Source of the DNA: Spirochaetia bacterium
Lineage (GTDB): Bacteria > Oederibacteriota > PGYV01 > Palsa-1178
Length of the DNA: 63,939 nt
Direction of reading: 5' to 3'
NCBI GenBank assembly: GCA_021372235.1
Contig: JAJFUW010000061.1
Span: 1 to 63,939 of the forward strand
Part shown: piece by piece, positions 1-8,225 of the stretch
How the letters are laid out: every line of letters begins with the position of its first letter
Numbering within the stretch: position 1 is the stretch's first letter
Notes under the pieces: model-generated
Database searches by the model: none
What the model was told of the DNA's origin: nothing
The model's input: the letters and a program-made list of their open reading frames with translations, nothing else
Made by a program: the position numbers and the translations under genes

Positions 1-151
1 CTCATTGGCTTCCGGGCTTTCATAATCCCTGTGACATAATGAATTTACAACGGCTTCGGTGATTGCCCTGACAGGCACCTCGGGTATTTCCACGCGCCTT
101 TGCCCTGTCAAATCCGCCCGCCAGTTCATGTGCTCCTTCAGGTAATCAACG
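1..151. repeat. Direct repeat copy 1 (pairs with 3127..3277, 150/151 identical)
   Basis: Base-by-base comparison by eye. The single difference is C121 versus T3247. Confidence 0.85.
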
Positions 152-846
152 CCTTTTTGAAGCAGTTCAAACAACGTGCCCTTGTACTGCCTGATATCCA
201 GGAAAGTCATCTTGTCTTTTCCCGCAAAAACAGCCGCCTTCAGTTCCCCCTGATTTTCATCACAAAAAAGAATTTCCGCGGCTTTTATCAGCCGGCCGTT
301 TTTCACAAGCCCGAGTTTTTTAAGCGCTGTCGCGGCTCCGGTGTATTTATAATCAAGCCGCCCCGCTTCTCTCGCCCTTTTTATGTATTCTTTCAGCGCC
401 GGCACACTGGCATCTTTTACTCTTTTATCCGAAAGTCCTGTTTCCCATGTCGAACCCGATCTGGCCCTCAGCATATCAGCCTGTTCATCAGGCGTTAACA
501 TTCTGCTCTCATCCGCAGTCCTTATATATGCCCTGCCATACGCGTGATACAAAGGCGCTTTGCCTGAAAAAACAACATTGATATACTTAAGCACGCCTTT
601 GCCGCAGGAATTTATTTTGGGATAAACCGCGGGTTTTATATTATCCGCTATTGCTTTTGACACGTCCCTCAAAGTGTCTGCCCCTATTGCCTGGCCGCAG
701 ATTTCGCCGTCATTTTTCACCCCAAAATATATTTCGCCTCTGCCATGCTTGTTCAGCATTGCGCACATATCTATCACGGCTTCCTTTAACTCCGACGTGC
801 TCTTTTTAAACTCAACTGTTTCGGATTCCTTTTTACCGATTTTCAT
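1..846 (-). CDS. AlbA_2/Schlafen-like putative ATP-dependent DNA-binding protein (COG2865-type), N-terminal ~282 codons; ORF runs off the left window edge
   Basis: Own minus-strand translation from ATG 846..844: MKIGKKESETVEFKKSTSELKEAVIDMCAMLNKHGRGEIYFGVKNDGEI... It stays open to position 1 and is absent from the ORF track because it has no in-window stop. The ATG overlaps the hsdM stop (TAATG). Confidence 0.7.
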   Translation of the reverse strand, partial: MKIGKKESETVEFKKSTSELKEAVIDMCAMLNKHGRGEIYFGVKNDGEICGQAIGADTLRDVSKAIADNIKPAVYPKINSCGKGVLKYINVVFSGKAPLYHAYGRAYIRTADESRMLTPDEQADMLRARSGSTWETGLSDKRVKDASVPALKEYIKRAREAGRLDYKYTGAATALKKLGLVKNGRLIKAAEILFCDENQGELKAAVFAGKDKMTFLDIRQYKGTLFELLQKGVDYLKEHMNWRADLTGQRRVEIPEVPVRAITEAVVNSLCHRDYESPEANE

Positions 847-2465
847 TATTTAAACTTCACCTTTGCCAGGTTTTCCAGTATCACCCTGTTTAGCTTTTCC
901 TCTTCCTTTATCTGCTGTTCAAACTCCGCCTTTAGCGTTGTAAACCTTTCCTTAAAATCAAAATCATCTTCCTCATCCGGCAGGCCCACATAACGGCCCG
1001 GGGTCAGGACATAATCAAGTTCCTTCACCCTGTCAATGGGAGCCGAGTTGCAAAAGCCTTTTATATCTATATAGATACCCTCACCCTGCCCTCTCCCAGA
1101 GGGAGAGGGTTCTACACCCTCACCCTTTCGTTTCCCTGCGGAAGAGGGTTTCTTTGGCTTGCGCCATGCATGATAGGTATCTGTTATTTTTTGTATGTCG
1201 TCCCGGGAAAATTCCTTTGTCCTGCGGTTTATCAGATGCCCCAGGTTCCTCGCGTCTATGAAAAGTATCTCGTCCGTCCTGTTCCGGTATCCGCCGTTTG
1301 ACTTGTTGCGGCTTAGAAACCACAGGCAGGCGGGTATCTGTGTGTTTAAAAAAAGTTTGGCGGGCAGGTTGATTATGCAATCAACAAGCCGCGCCTCAAT
1401 CAGTGATTTTCTTATATCGCCTTCGCCCGAGCTTTTGGAGGTCAGCGAGCCTTTTGCCAGGACAAACCCTGCGGTGCCGGAAGGAGTGAGGTGATAAAGG
1501 AAGTGCTGTATCCAGGCATAATTGGCATTACCCGGAGGAGGCGCGCCGTATTTCCAGCGGCCGTCGCCGCGGAGAAGTTCTCCGGACCAGTCGCTGTCAT
1601 TAAACGGCGGATTTGCTATTACAAAGTCAGCTTTCAGGTCCTTGTGTGCATCGTTCAGGAAAGACCCTTCATTGTTCCACTTTACCTGTGAGCTGTCTAT
1701 GCCGCGTATGGCAAGGTTCATTTTTGCCAGCCGCCAGGTGGTCTGGTTGCTCTCCTGCCCGTATATGGATATGTCGTTGAGTCTGCCTTTATGGTTTTGT
1801 ATGAATTTTTCCGACTGCACGAACATGCCGCCTGAGCCGCAGCACGGGTCATAAACCCTGCCTTTGTCCGGCTCCAGCATTTCAACAAGAAGTTCAACTA
1901 CACTGCGTGGTGTGTAGAACTGTCCGCCCTTTTTGCCCTCTGCAAGAGCGAATTCACCCAAAAAATACTCAAAAACATGGCCAAGCATGTCCGCACTGCG
2001 CTCTTTTGCCCTGTCTATGGCGATGTTGCTGATAAGGTCTATAAGGCCGCCAAGATTTACAGGGTCCAGATTGCCCCTGGCATATACTTTCGGCAAAACA
2101 TCTTTCAGGGAAGGGTTTTCCTTTTCGAGCGCTTCCATGGCAATATCAACATCCCTGCCTATACCCGGAAGTTTCGCGCGGCTTTTCAGATAGGCCCATC
2201 TTGCTTTTTCAGGGACAAAAAACACATTTTCGGCCTTATATTCGTCCTTGTCCTCGGGATCCGCGCCCTTGTATTCGCCTTTACCTGTCTTGAGTTTTTC
2301 ATAAAGCTCCTCAAACGCGCCGGAAATGTATTTTAAAAAAATAAGGCCGAGTACTACGTGCTTGTACTCGGCTGCATCTATGTTTTTGCGGAGCTTATCA
2401 GCGGCTTTCCAGAGCTGTTTTTCCATGGGTTCTGTTTTCTCGGGCAGTTGCTTGTCCTTTGGCAT
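846..2465 (-). CDS. hsdM: Type I restriction-modification system, DNA methyltransferase subunit M
   Basis: 539 aa. HsdM N-terminal helix (LWKAADKLRKNIDAAEYKHVVLGLIFLKYIS), SAM motif DPCCGSGGMF, catalytic NPPFN. Confidence 0.93.
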   Translation of the reverse strand: MPKDKQLPEKTEPMEKQLWKAADKLRKNIDAAEYKHVVLGLIFLKYISGAFEELYEKLKTGKGEYKGADPEDKDEYKAENVFFVPEKARWAYLKSRAKLPGIGRDVDIAMEALEKENPSLKDVLPKVYARGNLDPVNLGGLIDLISNIAIDRAKERSADMLGHVFEYFLGEFALAEGKKGGQFYTPRSVVELLVEMLEPDKGRVYDPCCGSGGMFVQSEKFIQNHKGRLNDISIYGQESNQTTWRLAKMNLAIRGIDSSQVKWNNEGSFLNDAHKDLKADFVIANPPFNDSDWSGELLRGDGRWKYGAPPPGNANYAWIQHFLYHLTPSGTAGFVLAKGSLTSKSSGEGDIRKSLIEARLVDCIINLPAKLFLNTQIPACLWFLSRNKSNGGYRNRTDEILFIDARNLGHLINRRTKEFSRDDIQKITDTYHAWRKPKKPSSAGKRKGEGVEPSPSGRGQGEGIYIDIKGFCNSAPIDRVKELDYVLTPGRYVGLPDEEDDFDFKERFTTLKAEFEQQIKEEEKLNRVILENLAKVKFK

Positions 2466-2502
2466 TTTAATCTCCGTTTACCCTGTTTATTTAATAATGT
2501 TT

Positions 2503-2531
2503 ATTATACGCCTTTCAAAAATGGCAGTCAA
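2503..2531 (-). promoter_or_regulatory. Sigma70-type promoter for hsdM (TTGACT-17 nt-TATAAT)
   Basis: On the minus strand, TTGACT (2531..2526) and TATAAT (2508..2503) are separated by exactly 17 nt, about 38 nt upstream of the hsdM ATG. Confidence 0.55.
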
Positions 2532-2658
2532 TTTTCAAATTTCCGGGAATTCAAAGCCTCAAATTGTGAGCTTGAGTTTTAAGGTCCCAAATCGAGACTT
2601 TAAAAAATTTTTGCCACATCCCCCGGTTTGCACTCACTCCACCCCTTAGGTTTGGCTG

Positions 2659-3277
2659 TCATTTCTTTATCACCTTCCAATGCCCGCCTTTTGCCCCGCC
2701 AATTCTTTTTACCAAACCTTTTACTTTTAACTTTGCCAAATTCTTTTCTATAGCCCTTGTTGTCAAACCGACACTTTTTGCCATCATTGGTATGGATATA
2801 TACTTGTTATTCTCAATTAGACGTAAAAGTCTCTGGTTTTTTTCCCCGAACTTTTCCCCGCCCACATTGTTCCTGTAAAATACAACCCTATACCCGGTTT
2901 TTGAAAAGCTGAAATCCACTTTCACTCCGTTTTCTTCACAGTCCTCCGATATCCTTTTCAACCCTGAGCCCCATTTTTCTATATCCTTGCTGTAGTACAA
3001 TATTCCCGCCATGACCATATTTCTCGGGCGGCTTGGTTCATTGCCTTTTAAGTAATCCTCCGGTTTCATATTTTCCGGGAACAGGCCCGGATTGTATATT
3101 TCTATCCTGTCCTTATAAACCGCTATCTCATTGGCTTCCGGGCTTTCATAATCCCTGTGACATAATGAATTTACAACGGCTTCGGTGATTGCCCTGACAG
3201 GCACCTCGGGTATTTCCACGCGCCTTTGCCCTGTCAAATCCGCCCGTCAGTTCATGTGCTCCTTCAGGTAATCAACG
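2659..3277 (-). pseudogene. 5'-truncated duplicate of the COG2865/AlbA_2-family gene (C-terminal HATPase_c_4 + wHTH part only)
   Basis: The track ORF 2659..3237 begins at a TTG that is an internal Leu in the intact copy. An in-frame TGA replaces TGG just upstream. Similarity to copy 1 ends abruptly at 3277. Confidence 0.75.
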
Positions 3278-3454
3278 TCTTCCAAAAATATCATTCAATT
3301 TGTTTCAATATTTAAAGGTGTTTTACTGACAGGCGAAACGAAAAGCAGCTGAAATCTGAAAGTTTCCGACCAAAAAACCGGCAAAATGTGTTTGCCATCA
3401 ACTTTACTATTTCAAATTTAGGTTTTCAATTGACATTGTTGATTCTGTTCATTA

Positions 3455-3501
3455 TGTGGATAACCTGAAATTTGCCATATTTTCCGTAGGTGTTATCCAC
3501 A
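3455..3501. promoter_or_regulatory. Two perfect consensus DnaA-box 9-mers in inverted orientation
   Basis: TGTGGATAA at 3455..3463 and TTATCCACA at 3493..3501. They are part of an 11-bp inverted repeat (ATGTGGATAAC) in an AT-rich spacer. Confidence 0.5.
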
Positions 3502-3771
3502 TAGAACCCACAGATGGCTAAAACAAAAAATGCTATATTTATATGGCGTTTTTTATTTTAGTAATTTATTTTTCACAATATTTCCTGTTTTTGTCTTATT
3601 TAATGAATATGTTACACCCAATGCGCTATGCCCGTTAACCCATAAAACACTATGCCATTTACATAGTATTGTATTATAGATGGTCAACTTGGGATTGTAG
3701 TCTTGGTTTGCTACCATACAAAAACCGTTTCAAAACGACGATGTTGTTGTGTCTCATACTCTAATCAATCG

Positions 3772-3840
3772 GTAGAGACGGGACCCGTGCCCGTCTCACT
3801 AATCAACTCGCCCATGAGCGGCAGCAAGCAGCCGCTCTAC
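3772..3840. repeat. Family G two-hairpin element, copy 1
   Basis: GTAGAG-GAGACGGG/acccgtg/CCCGTCTC-18 nt-GAGCGGC/agcaagca/GCCGCTC-TAC. It is homologous to 35473..35543 with compensatory stem changes. Confidence 0.6.
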
Positions 3841-3898
3841 GAAACCTGTTTGAACCGCTCTTGTAGGCGCGCCCCCTGCGGTCGCGATGCGGTGGGTT

Positions 3899-4816
3899 TT
3901 ATTTTCCCAGGTATAATATCCAACCCGACATCGTTACTATGGACAGCAGTGTCGTCATCATTATGATCGCCGCGGTCAGTTCCCCGTCCGATTTGTACTG
4001 CTTTACCATTATATAACTCGCCAGCGCGCTCGGGAATGCAAAACACATGACAGCCACCTTGAAATCCTGCCCTGTGAGGGGCCATATAAAGGTGAATATG
4101 AGCAGGGACAATGCCGGCTGCAGTATCAGTTTGATGAAAGTCGAGGCCGCGATGAGCAGCCTGTCGTGTTTTATCTTGGCTATTTTCAACCCGGCGCCCA
4201 CAGCGATGAGCATCAGCGGCGAACCCATGGCCGCTGTCATGTCCAGCGTATTTACCGCAAATACCGGCAGGGACAATTTCAAATATGAGAACGTTATTCC
4301 CAGCGCCGATGCTATCACCAGAGGATCGGAAACTATATAAAGCCCGATTTTCCCCATGTTTTGCCCCGTGCCCCTGTACGTCACGTTCAGGTAAAGTATG
4401 GAAAGCAAAATGTGAAGTGGCGTGATAAAAGCCGTGATTACCCCCATCTGTGCCAGGGCTGTCGCGCCGTACGCGTTCATGATGAGCGGAAAACCTATGT
4501 AGGCAATGTTAGTCCGAAAGGTCGGCAGGAGGAACCCGCCTCTTTTTTCCTGCGGGATGAACCTGGCGATGAGGCAGGCGACGCAGAACACGAGCAGAGC
4601 CGAGAGCGCCAGCCCTCCTATCATGCGCATGTCCACTATTTTTGCGAAATCCGCCCTGTAGATGGCCGTGAATATCATGACCGGCAGGACCAGATAATAG
4701 GCCAGGTTGTTTATGAACTTCTCGGCCTTTTCCTCTATCATGCCGAAACGTTTGAACCCCCACCCGAGGGCGATTAATATGAATACAGGAATGATGGAAT
4801 TTACAATGAGTTCCAT
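3899..4816 (-). CDS. AEC-family (auxin efflux carrier-like) membrane transporter
   Basis: 305 aa, about 10 hydrophobic segments, typical AEC N-terminus (IPVFILIALGW...). Confidence 0.85.
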   Translation of the reverse strand: MELIVNSIIPVFILIALGWGFKRFGMIEEKAEKFINNLAYYLVLPVMIFTAIYRADFAKIVDMRMIGGLALSALLVFCVACLIARFIPQEKRGGFLLPTFRTNIAYIGFPLIMNAYGATALAQMGVITAFITPLHILLSILYLNVTYRGTGQNMGKIGLYIVSDPLVIASALGITFSYLKLSLPVFAVNTLDMTAAMGSPLMLIAVGAGLKIAKIKHDRLLIAASTFIKLILQPALSLLIFTFIWPLTGQDFKVAVMCFAFPSALASYIMVKQYKSDGELTAAIIMMTTLLSIVTMSGWILYLGK

Positions 4817-5829
4817 CAGACGAGTTTCTTTAAATCGGAAAAATGTCCCAGGATGAATTCCGGTTTAAGTTTTTTTATCATTTTTTTATCGGCATAACCG
4901 TATGTCAGAAATGCGCAGTCAACCCGCGCGTTTTTGGCGGTTAAAACGTCATACTGTGAATCCCCGACAAAAAGCGTTTCTTGCCTTGACGCCCTGTACC
5001 TCTTCATCAGGGTATATACCACCTCGGGGTGGGGCTTGCGCCTCACAACATCCTCGCTGCCGTAGGTCGAGGAAAAATATTTTGCTATGCCTATCCTGCT
5101 GTTTATGCCGTCAACATAGCGTTTGAGTTTGTTTGAGGCGACAGCCAGCACGATGCCCCTGCCTTTGAGTTCCTTTAGAGTCTCCCGCACCCCGGGGAAC
5201 ACCCTGAGCCCGGTTTTGTACAGCCTGTCGTAATAACGCCTGTATATCCCGATGAGTTTTTTCATGCCGATTTTTTCCAGTTGACACGGGAACAGGTCCT
5301 CTATGAAATTATCGAGCCCCGTGCCCACCGTATCCACAATATCATCCTTTCTAAAAGGCTTCATCCCGAACTCGCGCGCCATGGCATTCGCTGTCGTCCA
5401 GATACCCGTGGCGGAATCCACAAGTGTCCCGTCAAAATCAAATATCACGAGCTTGTACCTGTTTTCCGTTGTTATGGTGTCCGTATGTGAATATGGCGGC
5501 GCGCACGCGCAGAGTATTTTTACGGGTATCCTGCCGGTATTGGTCATCTTGTGCTCCGTGCCCGGCTTTATCAAAACCCCGTCGCCTTTTTTTACCGGGA
5601 CCTTTTTGCCGTTGAGTTCCATGAACCCGCCGCCCTGCGTGAAATAGTATATCTCCTCTGTTTCAGGGTGTATGTGCGCTATGGTGGAACGTCCGGGCAT
5701 AACCGTCGCCTCTGCCAGGGATATGTTGCCCATTTTGGCGTTTGTGGCGTCGAGGATGGACCGGATGATGGAGGAATCCTTGGTGATAAAAGGCCTGGCT
5801 TTGTTTAAGTTGTTTTTATAAATTCTCAT
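4816..5829 (-). CDS. Fusion protein: N-terminal cupin (type II mannose-6-P isomerase-like) + C-terminal HAD phosphatase (phosphoglycolate phosphatase-like)
   Basis: Cupin motif HIHPETEEIYYF...GTEHKMTNTG; HAD motif I VIFDFDGTLVDS and motif IV FVGDSQYD. Confidence 0.75.
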   Translation of the reverse strand: MRIYKNNLNKARPFITKDSSIIRSILDATNAKMGNISLAEATVMPGRSTIAHIHPETEEIYYFTQGGGFMELNGKKVPVKKGDGVLIKPGTEHKMTNTGRIPVKILCACAPPYSHTDTITTENRYKLVIFDFDGTLVDSATGIWTTANAMAREFGMKPFRKDDIVDTVGTGLDNFIEDLFPCQLEKIGMKKLIGIYRRYYDRLYKTGLRVFPGVRETLKELKGRGIVLAVASNKLKRYVDGINSRIGIAKYFSSTYGSEDVVRRKPHPEVVYTLMKRYRASRQETLFVGDSQYDVLTAKNARVDCAFLTYGYADKKMIKKLKPEFILGHFSDLKKLV

Positions 5830-5972
5830 TTGTTTTTTTCCTTTGTTGTTTTTGAGGAATTAAGCCAAAAGCCGGAAGCCGGGGTGAAAAAAAACGAGCA
5901 TACGATGGCGCGAGGTATTGCCGGTGCCTTCCTCAAACCCTCTCCTGCTCGTTTTACCACTCGCCTCCCGGC

Positions 5973-6803
5973 TCATGGCTCCCGGCTTGTTTCATTTCTC
6001 AAGGGTATCAGTCTCTTCTTCCTGCCCTCAAACACGGTTATCTCCCTCACCCCGAGTTCGTCCAGCAGCCTGTACCCCGCCTCTATTCCGAAAAATGAAT
6101 CTCCCGCCACATGCGCATCGGAGCCCAAAAACAGGTATTTTCCGCCCAGTTCAATATAGGCCTTTATGACATCGCTGCCCGGTATGACCTCTCGCGCATT
6201 GAAACGGAGTCCCGAGCAGTTCACCTCGAGGGCTATCTCCTTTTCTATCATGAGTTCCAGTATGGGCCCCAACTGGCCCCTGAAATTCTCATATGAAAAA
6301 CCGTCAAAGAACTTTTTGCCGTTTCTGTGCACCAGCGTTATGTGCGCCGCGGCGTCAAAATTGCCGTACTGCATGAGCTTATAAAGTTCCTCAAAATACT
6401 TCTGATAGGCGTCCTCCGGATTCTTATACCTGCTGAAATATTCGTCGTACACCGGGGACAGCCCGTCTATCCAGTGGGTTGAAGCCATTATAAAATCAAA
6501 TTCTTTTCCTTCCATCCATTTTTCATAGAGGTCCCTGTGCAGGTTCGGTTCGCCGACCTCGACGCCCTTTAAAAGTCCCGGAAATCTTCCTTTCATTTTT
6601 TTCCATTTTTCCGTGTACCTGCCGTAGTCGAGGTACATGAACGAATCGTGGTGGTTTTTGTGGAAATCAAGGTGTTCGGTGGTTGCGATGTTCCTGAACC
6701 TGTTTTCTATCGCCTTATCGACCAGTTCTTCCATGGTCTGTTCCGCATCCCATGAAAAATTCGTGTGGAGGTGGAAATCTGTGAGGTTGTAGCGCGCGTT
6801 CAT
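5973..6803 (-). CDS. PHP-domain histidinol-phosphatase-family hydrolase
   Basis: Starts at internal Met (MNARYNLTDFHLHTNFSWD...), the PHP HxH motif. The track's longer N-terminal extension runs into rnpB and a repeat block and is not credible. Confidence 0.8.
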   Translation of the reverse strand: MNARYNLTDFHLHTNFSWDAEQTMEELVDKAIENRFRNIATTEHLDFHKNHHDSFMYLDYGRYTEKWKKMKGRFPGLLKGVEVGEPNLHRDLYEKWMEGKEFDFIMASTHWIDGLSPVYDEYFSRYKNPEDAYQKYFEELYKLMQYGNFDAAAHITLVHRNGKKFFDGFSYENFRGQLGPILELMIEKEIALEVNCSGLRFNAREVIPGSDVIKAYIELGGKYLFLGSDAHVAGDSFFGIEAGYRLLDELGVREITVFEGRKKRLIPLRNETSREP

Positions 6804-6844
6804 TTGTCGTTCCCGCTTGTCCTGCAGGCAGTCCGAAACTCCTC

Positions 6845-7040
6845 TGAGACAAAAGACAGGAAACAAGAGACAAAAATAGAACGAGCCTCTGCTTTTCTGT
6901 TGTAAGGTGTGCTCACTTATTTTCCTCTCTTTTTTACCGGTAAACCCGGTTCTTTGTTGAGTAAAAAACAAAAGACAAGAGACAATAAAAAACTGCTCTG
7001 TCGTACTTTTGTCTCCTGTCTCTCGATTTGCATTACTCCG
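6845..7040. repeat. Family F purine-rich repeat block (GACAGGAG / AGACAAAAATAGAAC words)
   Basis: AGACAAAAATAGAAC at 6868..6882 is identical to 53673..53687. GAGACAGGAG is shared with 56228..56288. Confidence 0.55.
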
Positions 7041-7048
7041 CTCCCGCA

Positions 7049-7502
7049 GGGAGCGCGATTGTGCCGGTGCTATAAGCCGGATTCTGTATCCGCCTTTGCG
7101 CTTGCGCACTGTTGCGGATGGCGGCAATCAATCTAAGCAGCCTACCCTGGGCTTAAGAGGTGAAGCTCCTCCGCCACAAAATGCGTTGCCGCACCCTGTG
7201 ATCTTGCCCTCTATTTGGCCTTGCTCGCAATGGGGTTTGCCTTGCCGCGCCCGTTGCCGGACGTGCGGTGGTCTCTTACACCGCCGTTTCACCCTTACCG
7301 CGTAAACCGCTTGCGCGGTCACGAGGCGGTCTTTTCTCTGCTGCACTTTCCGTGACGCGGGGATGTGGCCCCGCGCCCCCCGGCTTGCGCCGGGCATCGC
7401 GCTTCAAAGAGTCCGGACTTTCCTCCGGGGTTACTTCGTGACCAGAGACTCTGATCGCGTGTACTCCTCGGTAGCCGTCCGCACCGGCACAATCGCGCTC
7501 CC
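7049..7502 (-). ncRNA. rnpB: RNase P RNA, bacterial type A
   Basis: The minus strand carries GGAGGAAAGUCCGGAC (7426..7411), GGUAAGGGUGAAA, GCAAGGCCAAAUAG, GGGUAGGCUGCUUAG and ACAGAAUCCGGCUUAUAG. A perfect 21-22-bp terminal P1 helix forms between 7481..7502 and 7049..7070. Confidence 0.93.
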
Positions 7503-8081
7503 TCCCGCTATAGGAAGAGCTTTATATTTCTTTTTTGCCGCTATTATGTTGAACGGGAACATGGTTAGTTTTCCGTTAAAATTATCCGCCGACTCGTTGT
7601 AATCGGCTTTCCTGGCGTTATATTCGTTTATGTACTCGCCCGTAATCAGGCCCCACTCTATGTAAGAAAACCTCTTGTTGCGCAGGTCCATCCGCGAGTT
7701 GTAGAACTCCAGTATGGCGTTCATGTCAGCCTCAAACTCCGCCAGCAGAGGTGCCTTTTCAGCCGCCGTATCTCCGCCTATGATGCGCGCCCTGACATCC
7801 AGCGCGGAATTAAATATCTCTTTGTTAAACTTTATTTTGTCGTCAGTCAGCAGTTTTTCATACTTTATCACCTGGTCGGCAAGGCGGTTGCCGTAATACT
7901 CGGCTTTTGACCAGTCCTCTTCCACATTCTTTAACTGCTGCGAGAGGTACATATTGAACAGTTTGTCATAATACACGTATGAAATAGCCGCCCCGATTGC
8001 GACGCCAATGAGGACAAGCAGCCATATCTGCGCGCCCACGAGTGAAAACGGTTTCTTTTCCTTCTTCTTTTCATCAGCCAT
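7431..8081 (-). CDS. lemA: LemA family membrane protein
   Basis: N-terminal TM helix followed by LemA-like helical domain ending in ...TMFPFNIIA. Start chosen at MADEKKK (GGAGG 5 nt upstream). The last ~24 codons overlap the rnpB 5' end. Confidence 0.85.
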   Translation of the reverse strand: MADEKKKEKKPFSLVGAQIWLLVLIGVAIGAAISYVYYDKLFNMYLSQQLKNVEEDWSKAEYYGNRLADQVIKYEKLLTDDKIKFNKEIFNSALDVRARIIGGDTAAEKAPLLAEFEADMNAILEFYNSRMDLRNKRFSYIEWGLITGEYINEYNARKADYNESADNFNGKLTMFPFNIIAAKKKYKALPIAGGSAIVPVRTATEEYTRSESLVTK

Positions 8082-8225
8082 GATGCCTCCGTATAGGGAA
8101 ATCCCCATGTAATATGGGTCTAATTATATCAGCCGTGGGGGTGGATGTCAATAAGGCGCTTGATTGATGGTTGAGCTGATGAAACCCATACGGCCTGCCG
8201 GTACAAAGAGCCTGTTCCGTGGTTT

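Noticed and set aside
3290-3700. Chromosomal replication origin (oriC), based on the DnaA boxes plus an AT-rich stretch
   Set aside because: I found only two strong boxes, with the next-best matches carrying 3 mismatches. There is no dnaA, dnaN or gidA nearby, and genes on both sides stay on the minus strand with no orientation switch. It is kept only as a possible regulatory or relic site.
6804-7397. N-terminal extension of ORF 5973..7127, plus ORFs 7128..7397, 7009..7305 and 6909..7136
   Set aside because: They lie on rnpB and the family F repeat block. The real PHP-domain gene starts at 6803, so these are spurious frames through a structural RNA.
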